Shown: one piece after another, positions 1 to 10,210 of the stretch | Layout: each line of letters begins with the position of its first letter | How positions within the stretch are numbered: the stretch's first letter is position 1 | Virus record (IMG/VR): IMGVR_UViG_3300020049_007105 | Location: 1 to 64,000 of that record | Reading direction: 5' to 3' (one strand) | DNA length: 64,000 bases | Origin: a virus | Taxonomy: Duplodnaviria; Caudoviricetes | Program-made: the position numbers and the translations under genes | The notes under the pieces: generated by a model | What the model saw: only the letters and a program-made list of their open reading frames with translations | Database searches by the model: none | What the model was told of the DNA's origin: nothing

Positions 1-494
1 TACTCTACTTCCCCTTTTTGTTATTCATGTTTATGTCCAAACCTTTACTTGCTCCAACGCGTCACCATCTCTGGCGATGAATTCGACTATAGCCGCCGAA
101 AGATACTCGCTATTCTCCAGCTCAACTTGCATCCATAGCTTCGCTGCAACAGCCGCCCAGAAATTGGGGTTGGTTCTGTTTCTAGTTTGGGCCGTAGCTA
201 GGAGGGCATCCCTCGGTGCCATATACCCCATATCAGTGACCTTTCTCTAGATGCCTCACGATTTTCCTGTCAGATCAAGGTACTCTGTGAGGTCCAGTAG
301 GTGAGAGGCGGCAATAAGCGTGCTAATACGGGTCTGCATGTCTCCAGAGGCAACCTCTTGGCTCACAGTTAGGGTGCCATCCTGCTCAACACGGTAACAA
401 AGTGCATCTCCAATCATGCCATCAATGTTCCAAAGCGAACTAATAGCTCGGTCACAACGGTTTTGGTACTCCTGATCAAAGTTCACTTCGTCAC

Positions 495-866
495 TCACAG
501 CTTCAACCCCATTTTAGCGATTCCCTGAAACAAAATATCCTTCACTTTCTGCTCAGTGGGGAGCTGATAATAAGCCACCAAGCACGGGTGCTCCTTAGTT
601 GCCGGGTCCTTAACTGGTCCCCACCTCCACCCAGCGGCCATGCGCTCATTGCACCAGTGCTGGTGAAGCTTCTCAGGGGTAGTACCCTCCCAGACTTCTA
701 CAACTCCAGCCAAAGTGGACTGTTTCATGTCCTCGCTGATCTCGTCCCATGGGCCGTTAACCTCCTCCCCGGTCAGTTTTTGAAGTTCACGATTAGCCTC
801 GTGGCAAGCTTCAGCCACTTTCAATAGCAGTGGAGAGGTCTCAGGACTTACAGTAATTTCACTCAT
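495..866 (-). CDS. RyR (ryanodine receptor repeat) domain phage protein
   Basis: ACHEANR...LHQHW..ERMAAGWRWGPVKDPATKEHPCLVAYYQLPTEQKVKD matches the RyR-domain pattern (H..W......GW.(Y/W)G...D...K.HP.L.P(Y/W)..L...(E/Q)K.KD). Confidence 0.75.
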   Translation of the reverse strand: MSEITVSPETSPLLLKVAEACHEANRELQKLTGEEVNGPWDEISEDMKQSTLAGVVEVWEGTTPEKLHQHWCNERMAAGWRWGPVKDPATKEHPCLVAYYQLPTEQKVKDILFQGIAKMGLKL

Positions 867-1134
867 CGGTTCTCCTTGGAGTTGTCTACCTGTTGGATCG
901 TTTCATTACTCGGCATGTTGGCAGCCTCCAGAATTTCGGCAAGAAGGGTGGCAAAATCTGCATCTTCAACAGTTTTGACCCTCTTGCCATTCACCCAGAA
1001 ATCTACCTCGATCTCTGGCAAGCTTCCACAGGTAGGGCACTCTCCAGTATCATGAGCCCAACTATCCATTTTAACTTCATCTTTAGGCCCAGCCCCAAGG
1101 TAAGCCCTTAGTGCATCATCGTAAGAAATATTGC

Positions 1135-1845
1135 TCATTCACTTTCCTCCAAGTCTCGAAATTCCAACAACTTCTCATTTAGCCACGCCCAATCAGGTTC
1201 CGGCCTCAAATCGAAACCAGACTTCGGAATCGTATTGTCTGTCTTGCCCAAGCCATCAATAGCAACCTGCTTCGGTCGAGAAGCCAGGTGGTAGATCAGT
1301 TCACGATCGTGCTTTATTTTGAATTCGCCCCAAACAACCAAATTGAATGCGGTAAACAAAGCCCGATATCCATTGCGGATAACTTTCTCCATCTTTGGTC
1401 CGGGCTCCATCCCTTCGGCCTTATCAGCCATACCGAGACCGAGATGCCGATATGCGCTAACGAGCCTAGAGCTGATGAGTCGTTCCTGATGGTTCGCCTG
1501 TAGGTTTAGGACGAAATCAGAAGTTGGCCCAGTATGGTTGGACTGGACCAAAGACTCATGAATGTAGGGGGACTTCTCTAGGAGTCGCAAGAACTGTCCA
1601 ATTTCATGGACCTTAATTTCAGCGGGCTCTTTCCAAGAGAAAGTTTTGTCATGTTGGGCTTGCACTCCGAGAAAGAGCCTCTTTGGCTTCACATAGAAAC
1701 CAATAAAGTCCCAGTCGGAAGTTTTATTCTCCAAACCATAGGCTCGTGATCCAGCCACAGCAAGATGCTTGATTGGACCGAGATCAGTTTCGGTTGGCAA
1801 ATCCGAAGGATTCACGATGGCATCCACCAGTTTTGGATAATACAA
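1135..1845 (-). CDS. Pol beta-superfamily nucleotidyltransferase
   Basis: AGSRAYGL....SDWD = GS..(Y)G...SDxD catalytic motif. Confidence 0.75.
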   Translation of the reverse strand: MYYPKLVDAIVNPSDLPTETDLGPIKHLAVAGSRAYGLENKTSDWDFIGFYVKPKRLFLGVQAQHDKTFSWKEPAEIKVHEIGQFLRLLEKSPYIHESLVQSNHTGPTSDFVLNLQANHQERLISSRLVSAYRHLGLGMADKAEGMEPGPKMEKVIRNGYRALFTAFNLVVWGEFKIKHDRELIYHLASRPKQVAIDGLGKTDNTIPKSGFDLRPEPDWAWLNEKLLEFRDLEESE

Positions 1846-2222
1846 CCGGGATGATCTCGGTCCCTGGCAATCACGGCCATGTCTTCTGAATAAAAAATGT
1901 CGGCTACTGCACCATTATCATCCAGGATGAGGGAAACCTTCTCGGGGCGCTCGCCCACTAGATGAACATTATGGACCAAATCAGACAGCAGTACGTGTTT
2001 AGACGAGTCTGGCCCCGGTTCAAACGAACGCAGAAGTGCATCTGCGGCAGCATACCATTCGTCGGCATTTTGAACGCACCCACCGCGCACCGCATCCCTA
2101 ATCCGCAGATTCTCTGTCCAGAACTCCACATCTCGAACCGGAGTGTCCGGCACAAGAGCCCGGAGTTCAGTGATCTCAGCCTCAAGCTTTTCGACCTTCT
2201 TGTCAATTTCGTGTTGCAACAT
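1812..2222 (-). CDS. hypothetical protein
   Basis: ORF with GAAGAAGG upstream of the ATG; fits the tiled minus-strand gene arm. Confidence 0.6.
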   Translation of the reverse strand: MLQHEIDKKVEKLEAEITELRALVPDTPVRDVEFWTENLRIRDAVRGGCVQNADEWYAAADALLRSFEPGPDSSKHVLLSDLVHNVHLVGERPEKVSLILDDNGAVADIFYSEDMAVIARDRDHPGCIIQNWWMPS

Positions 2223-2604
2223 AAATGAACCTTCTTCCCTTAGTGTAATATGCTTCTAGGTGGTTGTTTGATTCGTAGGCATAGGCTTAAGTCTAGCTAT
2301 AGCCGAGCTTTGCGCTTTCCAAAGCCTCTTCGCCTGCTTCGGGGACATTCTTTCTGAACCAGCAAGGGGGCGTGTCGTGCAGAAAACACCGCCGTAGTAA
2401 AAGCAAAAAACCTTGTGTACGTGAACCAGCAGATCGCTTGAGCTAGGTCCAACGAAAAAAGTGAACCTGACTTCGAAGGGCAAGAGGAATCCATGGCCCT
2501 TCCTGTTTTGAACAGCCTGTCTCGTTGTACGCCCAGACTCTATGCTGACCAGAGCCCCACTAATGAACTTCTCTGAAACAGCCCTCTCATAAAAGGTTCG
2601 CTCT

Positions 2605-2886
2605 TTAAGACTCACCGTAAGTCCAACCGGCATACTCCATGCCTTCAATGAAAGTTAGGGCCTCCCTATAGTGCTGCACCCAATAGGCATCGCCACCTTT
2701 ATCTAGAACGCCTTTCAAAATTCCCTGGGGAGTCAGACCTGGGTGTTCCCTTGCGACACGAACAGCACTCCTCGCTGTATGACCTGGGCCTGTCGTAGCC
2801 CAACTCATTAAGGTTGCCACAGCGGCATCAACCCCTTCAGTGCCTGCAAGCCCCTCGCTCGTCTCGTCAATTTTGTGCTGTTGCAT
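2605..2886 (-). CDS. hypothetical protein (start refined to MQQHKIDE)
   Basis: Same 18-nt initiation region as the gene at 1812-2222. Confidence 0.55.
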   Translation of the reverse strand: MQQHKIDETSEGLAGTEGVDAAVATLMSWATTGPGHTARSAVRVAREHPGLTPQGILKGVLDKGGDAYWVQHYREALTFIEGMEYAGWTYGES

Positions 2887-2943
2887 AAATGAACCTTCTT
2901 CGGGTTGATGGTGTGTTCGGCGTTCGGTGCCCATCGTACACGA

Positions 2944-2989
2944 AACGCCCGTAGGATGCAAGTCTTTCGACAAGAATCCTACGGGCGTT
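2944..2989. terminator. 14-bp perfect inverted repeat (terminator or operator)
   Basis: AACGCCCGTAGGAT-N18-ATCCTACGGGCGTT in an intergenic gap. Confidence 0.5.
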
Positions 2990-3748
2990 CAGGCGACGGT
3001 CACATAAGCCCTCTGGGAGCCCCTGTGTGGCCCCCTGTTGACCTTACAGGCCCCTCGGTGGACCACTGTAGTTGGATATGGTTTGCGGCGCTCAGACGGC
3101 GCTGTGTGGGCTACTAGTCAAAGTTGGGAAGCTTGGCGGCTCTTCTATCATCTTAGACATCTGATCTAAACTGTGCTCCATCTGCTTATTAAAAGCCGCC
3201 TTGTATTCCTCCAAGTGAGTCTCAGCGATCACAAGGTATCGAAAAGCCGCTTCGGGGATATCTTCATCTTTAACAATTCCCCAATCCTTCTCAAACTCGA
3301 ACGGGTAAGCCATAGACCAGTGGTCGTCCTTAAAGGACACCTCTGACCTGTGCTCTATCAATCGAAGCCTAAGTCCAGTTTTGCGATCCTGAACCCACCC
3401 GTTGAACTCACCGTACTGGATAGCTTTTAGGTCAGGAATAATCTCTTCAATAGTGGTCATCAGTAATCTTCCGTTTGCTTAGCGGCCACTTTTTCAGTGG
3501 ACTTAGCTTTCTGAAGAAGCGCAGACAAATCATCCCAGAGGTAGTAGCGGAGTGGCCGACCTGGGACTTCAAGAGCGACGGCCACCCCTTGTGTCAAACT
3601 TGGAGGCCACTCAATGTGGCTAATCAAGTCCTGCTGGCGATTATGGTAGAAACTCCAGCCGGGGACACTGGAGACCGGTTGCCACCCATTGTTATTCAGG
3701 AGTTGGGCATATCCATCAACAATAAGACCCCGAAGCAACTCGGCGCCC

Positions 3749-4165
3749 TCACTGCTTGTGCTCCCCAGCCTGAGAGCAGTCAGTACCCCACCATGTGTAC
3801 GGCGCCAGAGTTTCGACCAGCGCCCACCAATCCTCAGCCCCTTTCTCCCCGTGAACCAACCCATCGCCGTCGATACCAATAGATTCGACTGACGTGAACT
3901 CAACCCGGCCAACTGTGGAGGTCTCCACGATCTCTGACTTGACGCATAGATCGTGACCCCTCAACCGCACCGGTAGTTCTCCCCGTTCAAACCATGTCCA
4001 CACCTGATGGAGCATCCCGACTGGAATTACGTCGTCACATAGATTGCACCGATGTGGCTTTCTGGCTCGCACGAGTGGGTAGGGCAAACCGCCGTTAACT
4101 TGGAGATACATTAACCGGGCCGATCCGCCCGAATGAGACCCTGCTAACTTACGCCTATAAACCAT
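3749..4165 (-). CDS. small Cys/His zinc-binding protein
   Basis: ARKPHRCNLC...HDLC. Confidence 0.5.
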   Translation of the reverse strand: MVYRRKLAGSHSGGSARLMYLQVNGGLPYPLVRARKPHRCNLCDDVIPVGMLHQVWTWFERGELPVRLRGHDLCVKSEIVETSTVGRVEFTSVESIGIDGDGLVHGEKGAEDWWALVETLAPYTWWGTDCSQAGEHKQ

Positions 4166-4183
4166 TCTTTAACCTCTCTCTGG

Positions 4184-4220
4184 GCAAGTGTCGAGACTTG
4201 TTTAGAGTCTCGACACTTGC
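4184..4220. terminator. intrinsic terminator-like hairpin after the GH16 gene
   Basis: 15-bp perfect stem GCAAGTGTCGAGACT/AGTCTCGACACTTGC with a 7-nt loop and a T-rich flank on the + strand. Confidence 0.65.
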
Positions 4221-4266
4221 TTTCACTTTTTACGGAACCTATTCCGTCTATCTTGTATGATGCGGA

Positions 4267-5268
4267 TTAAGACTTCTTGTAGACCCGCACATAGTCAACC
4301 TTCATCTGTGCAGGAAACACAGTTGAAGCGTCCGGGTATCCAGGCCAGGTGCCGCCGATCTGGAGGTTGAGGATGATATTCATCGGGTTACCACCATCAA
4401 ATGGGCGAGGGAAGACGCTCATTGCCCCGCTACTCGCAGGCCAGTTGGAAATCTTTGGTCCCAGATTGCCCCACTTGTAGGAACCACCATTCCCAACCTT
4501 ATAAACCTCTTTGCCGTCGATCAGCCAAGCAACCGAACCTGGGTTCCATACGAGAGTGTACGTATGCCATGCAGAGATGTCGCCACCGGTCAGCGTGTTT
4601 CCCTTACCCAGCTTGGAACAACCCCATCCACAGTTATTGTAATCCCAGTGCATGGTTGTGTTGGCCTCGTTGGGTCGATCGCCAATCGTCTCTACAATGT
4701 CAATCTCCCCAGACTTCCCATTGTAGCCATAGGGGTACTTCTCAGACAGCATCCACAGTCCGGTCCAGAGTCCTTTCCCCTTTGGCATTTTCGCTCGAAT
4801 TTCAAAGCGACCGTATGCCTGAGAGAACTTACCCTTCGTGCGAACAAGACCAGTTGAGTAGTTACGGTCTCGTCCACCATTGTTGGGGCATCGAATAAAC
4901 TCTTTGCGCCCCTCAATAACTAGAGCCCCACCAGTAACTTTCAGATTGTTCGGCGTGTTGCAATGAATGGAACCGCCGCCGTCGCCATAGGTGGAGTGCT
5001 CCGGGGTCCACTTCGACAGATCCAGGTTTGATCCCGAAAACTCGTCTGAGAAAGTGAGCTTCCAACCTGGGACTGTAGTCGGAGGTGGTTTTACCGTAGT
5101 TGTGGTTGGCTTAGTTGTGGTCGTGGTTGGCTTGGCCGTAGTCGCAGGCGGCTTAGCTGTGGTTGGTGTCGGTGGAGGTGTTCCTCCTGGGGCACAAGCG
5201 CAGGCAGCAACAAACACTGTCACAACTCCTGCAATAGCGGCCGATGTAAATCTTGTTCGCAAACGCAT
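4267..5268 (-). CDS. GH16 glycoside hydrolase, secreted/lipoprotein with Pro/Thr linker
   Basis: WKLTFSDEF, YGRFEIRAKMP.GKGLW..LW, catalytic GEIDIVE, WHTY, MKVDYVRVY; N-terminal signal ending VAAC followed by a PTT/KPTT linker. Confidence 0.9.
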   Translation of the reverse strand: MRLRTRFTSAAIAGVVTVFVAACACAPGGTPPPTPTTAKPPATTAKPTTTTTKPTTTTVKPPPTTVPGWKLTFSDEFSGSNLDLSKWTPEHSTYGDGGGSIHCNTPNNLKVTGGALVIEGRKEFIRCPNNGGRDRNYSTGLVRTKGKFSQAYGRFEIRAKMPKGKGLWTGLWMLSEKYPYGYNGKSGEIDIVETIGDRPNEANTTMHWDYNNCGWGCSKLGKGNTLTGGDISAWHTYTLVWNPGSVAWLIDGKEVYKVGNGGSYKWGNLGPKISNWPASSGAMSVFPRPFDGGNPMNIILNLQIGGTWPGYPDASTVFPAQMKVDYVRVYKKS

Positions 5269-5334
5269 TAAAAACTCCTCTGGGTAAAAAAGATCATATT
5301 CGGGTATTCGGTTTCGGTCTGTTCTTCGGTCGTA

Positions 5335-5766
5335 TCATTCATTGTAACACACCATGATAACCGAAAAACCTTCTGAAAGCTCACAGTTACAAACCATAGC
5401 TCTCAGCATATTCTTGGCATTTCCTTTGGCTAACATGTAGGCCGAGAACAATTCTCGGTATTCATGCTCATTTCTGGGCTTGTGAATGTAGTCAATACCA
5501 ATATCGACAATATGGCTGTAGTAAGTGCTATCAAAAACAGATTCTACGAGAGAAAGCTTGTTAGTCTCAAGAAGCACTACCCTTTGAGGGATTCCTTGAA
5601 TTACAGGCTTACATTCCACCCACATAGTGGCTTGCTTCTGATCTAACGTATAGTCGTCTGACACCCATTTAAAGTCAGCGTCTTGCCATTGCCTGATATA
5701 GATATCGGGAATAACCTTAAGTTGAGCCCGGTGGTCACTGTCGCTCAGTGCAGTAATTGTTGGCAT
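5335..5766 (-). CDS. hypothetical protein
   Basis: 143-aa ORF coupled (TAATG) to the upstream gene. Confidence 0.55.
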   Translation of the reverse strand: MPTITALSDSDHRAQLKVIPDIYIRQWQDADFKWVSDDYTLDQKQATMWVECKPVIQGIPQRVVLLETNKLSLVESVFDSTYYSHIVDIGIDYIHKPRNEHEYRELFSAYMLAKGNAKNMLRAMVCNCELSEGFSVIMVCYNE

Positions 5767-6407
5767 TAGAAACCCTGGTTGTTGAGATAGGCCCTAAGAA
5801 GGCTGCGGTTAGCTAGAATCAGGTTAGCCAACATGGCCTCTTTTTCCGAGTCTTGGACGGCTACAAACGTCCAATAATGGAGGGCTGTCCCCATCTCTCT
5901 CAAACTTTCTGGGCCCTGAAATGTATCCCAGGGCAGGTCGTAAAGTTCGTCCTCACAGTAGTTGTCAACTAGGTGGGACCAGTGCTCACCACCATCTCCA
6001 TCCATCGTTTCAGCCTTGGCCCTCTCAGCTTCCAAATTCTTGGAAGCACCAACCTCGTCCGCAAAAACGAGAAGTCGGTCCACATAGTCTTCTAGGGGCT
6101 CTACGTCCCCAATATCATACAGCTCAGCCTTTCCAATAGCATAGGTAAGAACCTGATAACCAGGCTCATCTGGATCGAAGTTAAACCAAGCCTTCTTGGC
6201 TGCCGAAAGCTCTACTACGTCTTCGGGAATCCTCATTTCCTTGAAATCCCTGATGGACTTTTCTGCCCAAAAGCTCCCCATGTCTTCCCAGAATGATGCT
6301 TCATTTCGCTCGATGCCTGAAATCATTTTACCGCTTTCTTTGGTTTGTTGTAAATGTTGTGTGAAATTGTAGCCAGATGGCTTACATATGTGTACATTTC
6401 TGCACAC
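5766..6407 (-). CDS. hypothetical acidic protein (true start probably MISGIERNE)
   Basis: Long ORF in the minus-strand arm; start uncertain. Confidence 0.55.
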   Translation of the reverse strand: MCRNVHICKPSGYNFTQHLQQTKESGKMISGIERNEASFWEDMGSFWAEKSIRDFKEMRIPEDVVELSAAKKAWFNFDPDEPGYQVLTYAIGKAELYDIGDVEPLEDYVDRLLVFADEVGASKNLEAERAKAETMDGDGGEHWSHLVDNYCEDELYDLPWDTFQGPESLREMGTALHYWTFVAVQDSEKEAMLANLILANRSLLRAYLNNQGF

Positions 6408-6441
6408 ATGGGCAGTTAATTACACTGTGCTGATTTGAGGA

Positions 6442-6912
6442 CTACCCGTGAATGCCAGCGAGGTCCCAGCGACCGTAAGTTATCGCAGCGTGAGTGCCAT
6501 CGTCAAGTCCACCTGCGGTGTCCTGAGTGCTTGCCCACCGGACATAGGCGCTTGCGTCGGCGTCACCAACTAGAGCGCCCCACAACAGGCCAGTTACCAT
6601 CAGAGCATGGGGGTTTGTAATCCCCATACTCTCTTCAATAAAGCTAGGCCCAGGATTGTGCCCGATTGGACCAATAACTGCCTTGCCAAAGTGGTTCATT
6701 GCCATCATTCTACTAACCGACCCTGAATTCGGACGAGCATGGGTGCTCTGAATCCAGCGGACCATAGGAGCAAAAGTCAAGTTGTAGTTCGTGGCGTCCC
6801 CTGGAGCGAAGGCAATATTTACCGTCACTCCATCGGACAGAAGGCCACTCGCCTTAGATAGCCAAGCAGTCAGGCTATCCATAACCTCTTCGATTGTGTT
6901 TTGTTTACTCAT
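6442..6912 (-). CDS. hypothetical protein
   Basis: ORF with ATGA overlap to the upstream gene. Confidence 0.55.
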   Translation of the reverse strand: MSKQNTIEEVMDSLTAWLSKASGLLSDGVTVNIAFAPGDATNYNLTFAPMVRWIQSTHARPNSGSVSRMMAMNHFGKAVIGPIGHNPGPSFIEESMGITNPHALMVTGLLWGALVGDADASAYVRWASTQDTAGGLDDGTHAAITYGRWDLAGIHG

Positions 6913-7483
6913 CCTGTAGCCTCTCCGCTTCCTGTTTGCGCCTTACTTGATAGACACTTGTCCGAATTCGGTACTGCTGAGATCGAATACGGCCAAGTCT
7001 TCGTTGCATATACTGCCGTAGTTTCATCACAATAAAAACTTACATCATCTTCTGTGATTGAATAATTTACCAACATAAGCCCAGCCATAACAGTCAATAC
7101 GTACATAATGACTACACCTTTAATGATGTCCATCGCTAGTAATCTCCATCATCGTCGTCGTTATTCGTATCTGCCGGACCGATCATATGGACACACCCAG
7201 TCGCCCACAGCTCGTCCGCAAGCCATTGCCCGTCAGGCATCTCCCAGACTGTGCGATTGACCGGCTCAAAACGGTCATCTACGACCTTACCGTCGATGAA
7301 GTTTGTGAGGCCCATGACTACCGGCGCCGAATCTCGGTGAAGAAGTTCATCACTTTCTTCGCACGTAATTACTTTATGACTCACGACCTTGCCTCTTCGT
7401 AGTCCCAGCCATCGTCGTAGCCGTCCGTCTGAGCCAACCAGTCCTCGTCGCTTTGCTTGGAATCTTCTTCCTTAGGCTTCTTT

Positions 7484-7759
7484 CTAAACATTACACTCCC
7501 TGATTTCAGAAATATCCTGACAGCAGCCGTCACACCCATGAATCCCATCCGAATCTGGTAGCCCCCGCTTCTCACGGGAGGCCAGATCAGAAGGATCAGG
7601 GTGTCCAACACCATGCTCACAGATTCGCTCTAGAATGCCACGGTCTGATCGCCAATGAAGCGGCCAGTCGATCATGTGATGATTCAGTGGCTGATGGACT
7701 GGACAGACACCCGAACAGTCGTCACCTAAATGAACACGAAGCCCGTTCCAGTCCTCCAT
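7484..7759 (-). CDS. small Cys/His-rich phage protein
   Basis: CPVH...ERICEHGVGHPDP...HGCDGCC, likely metal-binding. Confidence 0.55.
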   Translation of the reverse strand: MEDWNGLRVHLGDDCSGVCPVHQPLNHHMIDWPLHWRSDRGILERICEHGVGHPDPSDLASREKRGLPDSDGIHGCDGCCQDISEIRECNV

Positions 7760-7761
7760 GG

Positions 7762-8253
7762 TTATTGAACCCTCACTCTCTGAACAGAAGTAGCCCCGGC
7801 AATATCTTCGCTCTCACTATCAGCAGCCCAGCGCTCATGGAACACACCATAGAACACCCCGGTGTAATAGTCTTTTACAACCCACACATAGGTGTCAGGG
7901 TGAACTTCTCCCACCTCTCGGTATTCAACAATTTCCTTAGTGACAGGCTCTACAAGAACACCAACCTGCTCCTCCTCGACCTCAACGCCGATACGGGAGC
8001 CATAGTAGGCTGTATAGCGGACATAAAACGTTTCATCATCCTTCTTGGCACTAACCTTAGCAATCAATTCATATCTATCTCCCTCCCGAAATTCGTTGGG
8101 GAGGCCGCTTGCCGTAACCATAAAAGAATCTGTCATCAAAAGACCATCAACATCGGCCATGTTGTAGATAGTGTAAGGCACGCTGCCCTTCCATGTCCCA
8201 GTGGTCATGGCAGCCTCTTTGAGTTCTTTGTCAAACTTTTCAACTGTAAACAT
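7762..8253 (-). CDS. paralog family member 5 (divergent, extended)
   Basis: MFTVEKF...FYVRYTAYYGS...VEPVTKEIVEY resembles the neighbours at 8736-10210. Confidence 0.55.
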   Translation of the reverse strand: MFTVEKFDKELKEAAMTTGTWKGSVPYTIYNMADVDGLLMTDSFMVTASGLPNEFREGDRYELIAKVSAKKDDETFYVRYTAYYGSRIGVEVEEEQVGVLVEPVTKEIVEYREVGEVHPDTYVWVVKDYYTGVFYGVFHERWAADSESEDIAGATSVQRVRVQ

Positions 8254-8735
8254 ACTACTCCTTTGCTAGCAAATATGGAACGCTTGTTTCATGTCTGGAT
8301 TCAATAAAAGACTGCCCAACTGCCTTCACGACGAAGTATCATCAAATTCAACATAGTCAAGCAGCGCTTCCAGCTCTTGAATGATCTCTTTAATACACGG
8401 CGCCTGAGAGATGCAGTCCAGAAGAAACACAATAGACTTAGCGCTCTTCTTTTGGGTAAGCTTCACCGCAAAATATGGCAGCATGTATGTGCTCGTAAGA
8501 GTCCGCTCAGGGTGTAGTACAAAGTTGTGCTCCCGCAGAATTGATGCGGCGTAAACGACTAGCCATACATAGTCGGTAACGCCCTTTTCGTATAGAGCGG
8601 AAGACGCCATAAAGGCAGCTTCTTCTGGCATCTCTGACTCTTCCATGTGCCCCGAGCCTGGACAGATATCTGTATCTGCAATCTCCTTAACTCGGGCTAG
8701 AAGGGTTTCGTAGTTGCGAAAATGAGGGTCCCTCT

Positions 8736-9110
8736 TTATAGAATCTCCTCAGAAATAGAACGCCACTCCATTGTGGTTACCGGAACGCTGTGAACTTCAT
8801 AGCCGTCCTCATTCCAGTCATCATCGTCCCATGAACGGTAGACCCCATCATAACGAAAATACTGGGTGGGGCCATCACCCGATTCAAAAGAAACAACTAC
8901 CCAGAGTGGGGCTCCGTAACCTTCACCACCACCAACCGTGACCACCTCAACTACACCTTCGGGTGTAGCAGCACCAGCCTCTCTGACGTCAAGGAGGTCC
9001 AGAAGGAACTCGGGGATATCCCTACTTCCGCCGTTGTGGGGCAACTCATTGAGTCCCACCTCTGCATCCCAGGCGGCCAGGTTCTTTTCAAACTCTTCAA
9101 TCGTAATCAC
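8736..9110 (-). CDS. paralog family member 4 (GGEG-motif protein)
   Basis: MITIEEFEK...GGGEGYG...QYFRYDGVYRSWD...VHSVPVTTMEW. Confidence 0.7.
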   Translation of the reverse strand: MITIEEFEKNLAAWDAEVGLNELPHNGGSRDIPEFLLDLLDVREAGAATPEGVVEVVTVGGGEGYGAPLWVVVSFESGDGPTQYFRYDGVYRSWDDDDWNEDGYEVHSVPVTTMEWRSISEEIL

Positions 9111-9457
9111 TTTGACTCCTTTGCTGCGACATACTCAATTTTCGTGACAGGCGTTGGATGAACCTCGTAACCGTCTGCATCATCCCAGTAAAATCCGTCG
9201 TGAGAAGCGTACCAGCCATCATACCGAAAATACTGGTCTGGTGACCCATCACTGGGGGACAGCTTGGCGACAAAATGGCAATTGTCACCCTGGCCCTCCC
9301 CACCCGTGGCGTCAACTGTAAGCACCGACCCTAGTTTGGTTAACATGGGTCCGTAACAGCCTTCGAAGAAGAGGAAGGAGTGCCATTCTCCATCATCATA
9401 ACTATCGTCTAGCTTCGCTTCGTCTAGAGCCTTCTCGAATTCCTTTACAGTAACCAT
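9107..9457 (-). CDS. paralog family member 3 (GGEG-motif protein; start refined)
   Basis: AAGGAG RBS then MVTVKEFEK...GGEGQG...QYFRYDGWYASHDG...VHPTPVTKIEY. Confidence 0.7.
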   Translation of the reverse strand: MVTVKEFEKALDEAKLDDSYDDGEWHSFLFFEGCYGPMLTKLGSVLTVDATGGEGQGDNCHFVAKLSPSDGSPDQYFRYDGWYASHDGFYWDDADGYEVHPTPVTKIEYVAAKESK

Positions 9458-9467
9458 TTTATTCTCC

Positions 9468-9824
9468 TTAAATATAGTCGTACCGAATAGTGGTAACTTC
9501 TTTTGGCCTTGCCTTATGCCCCTCAGTGCCATAAGCCCAGTAGGCTCCATCCCAAGAAATCCATCTCCCTTTATACATAAAGAATTCGGGCTCGGCGCCG
9601 CTAGTAGGTGTCAGTTGAGCAACAATACGCAGTTCGTCCCCCATTCCCTCGCCACCGAACTTCTCGGCAATCGTTACAGCCCCCAGGCTGGTTTGAACTA
9701 CCTCTGGCAGGTACCAGAGCATTTCTGGAATCTCCTTGTCTGCCCCACCTCTGAGAGCCGCCCTGTGACTCTTAGCTTCGGCCGTTTCCTCGACTGCCTT
9801 TTCAAATTCCTCTACACTTACCAT
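9468..9824 (-). CDS. paralog family member 2 (GGEG-motif protein)
   Basis: MVSVEEFEK...GGEGMG...EFFMYKGRWISWDG...ARPKEVTTIRY. Confidence 0.7.
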   Translation of the reverse strand: MVSVEEFEKAVEETAEAKSHRAALRGGADKEIPEMLWYLPEVVQTSLGAVTIAEKFGGEGMGDELRIVAQLTPTSGAEPEFFMYKGRWISWDGAYWAYGTEGHKARPKEVTTIRYDYI

Positions 9825-10210
9825 TACAACTCCTTCACTGTTTTATACTCAGTACGGGTTATCTTAACCGGCTTTACCTTACGGCGATGAAAGTCACACC
9901 AGGAAGACTCGCCAGTCGATGTAAAGTCACCTTCATAATGAAAATATTCGGGTCCTCGTTCGGTAGAAAGCTTAGCAACAAAAACCAACTGATCGCCCTG
10001 CCAAAGCTCACTACCCTGCTGAGCCTCTGCCGTCACCTCACCCAGCTCCGTCTTAAGAACCCCGATCGAGCCACCTTCTACCTGCTCGAAACAGCCCCAT
10101 AGGATTTCTGGGACACTTCGCTCCAAGCGACCGTTCTTGTACCGCTTGGTCAGATATGACCCTTCTAGGGCGGCAAGAACTGCTTCCTCAAATTTTCTAA
10201 AAGTTGTCAT
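9824..10210 (-). CDS. paralog family member 1
   Basis: MTTFRKFEE...GSELWQG...EYFHYEGDFTS...VKPVKITRTEY. Confidence 0.65.
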   Translation of the reverse strand: MTTFRKFEEAVLAALEGSYLTKRYKNGRLERSVPEILWGCFEQVEGGSIGVLKTELGEVTAEAQQGSELWQGDQLVFVAKLSTERGPEYFHYEGDFTSTGESSWCDFHRRKVKPVKITRTEYKTVKEL

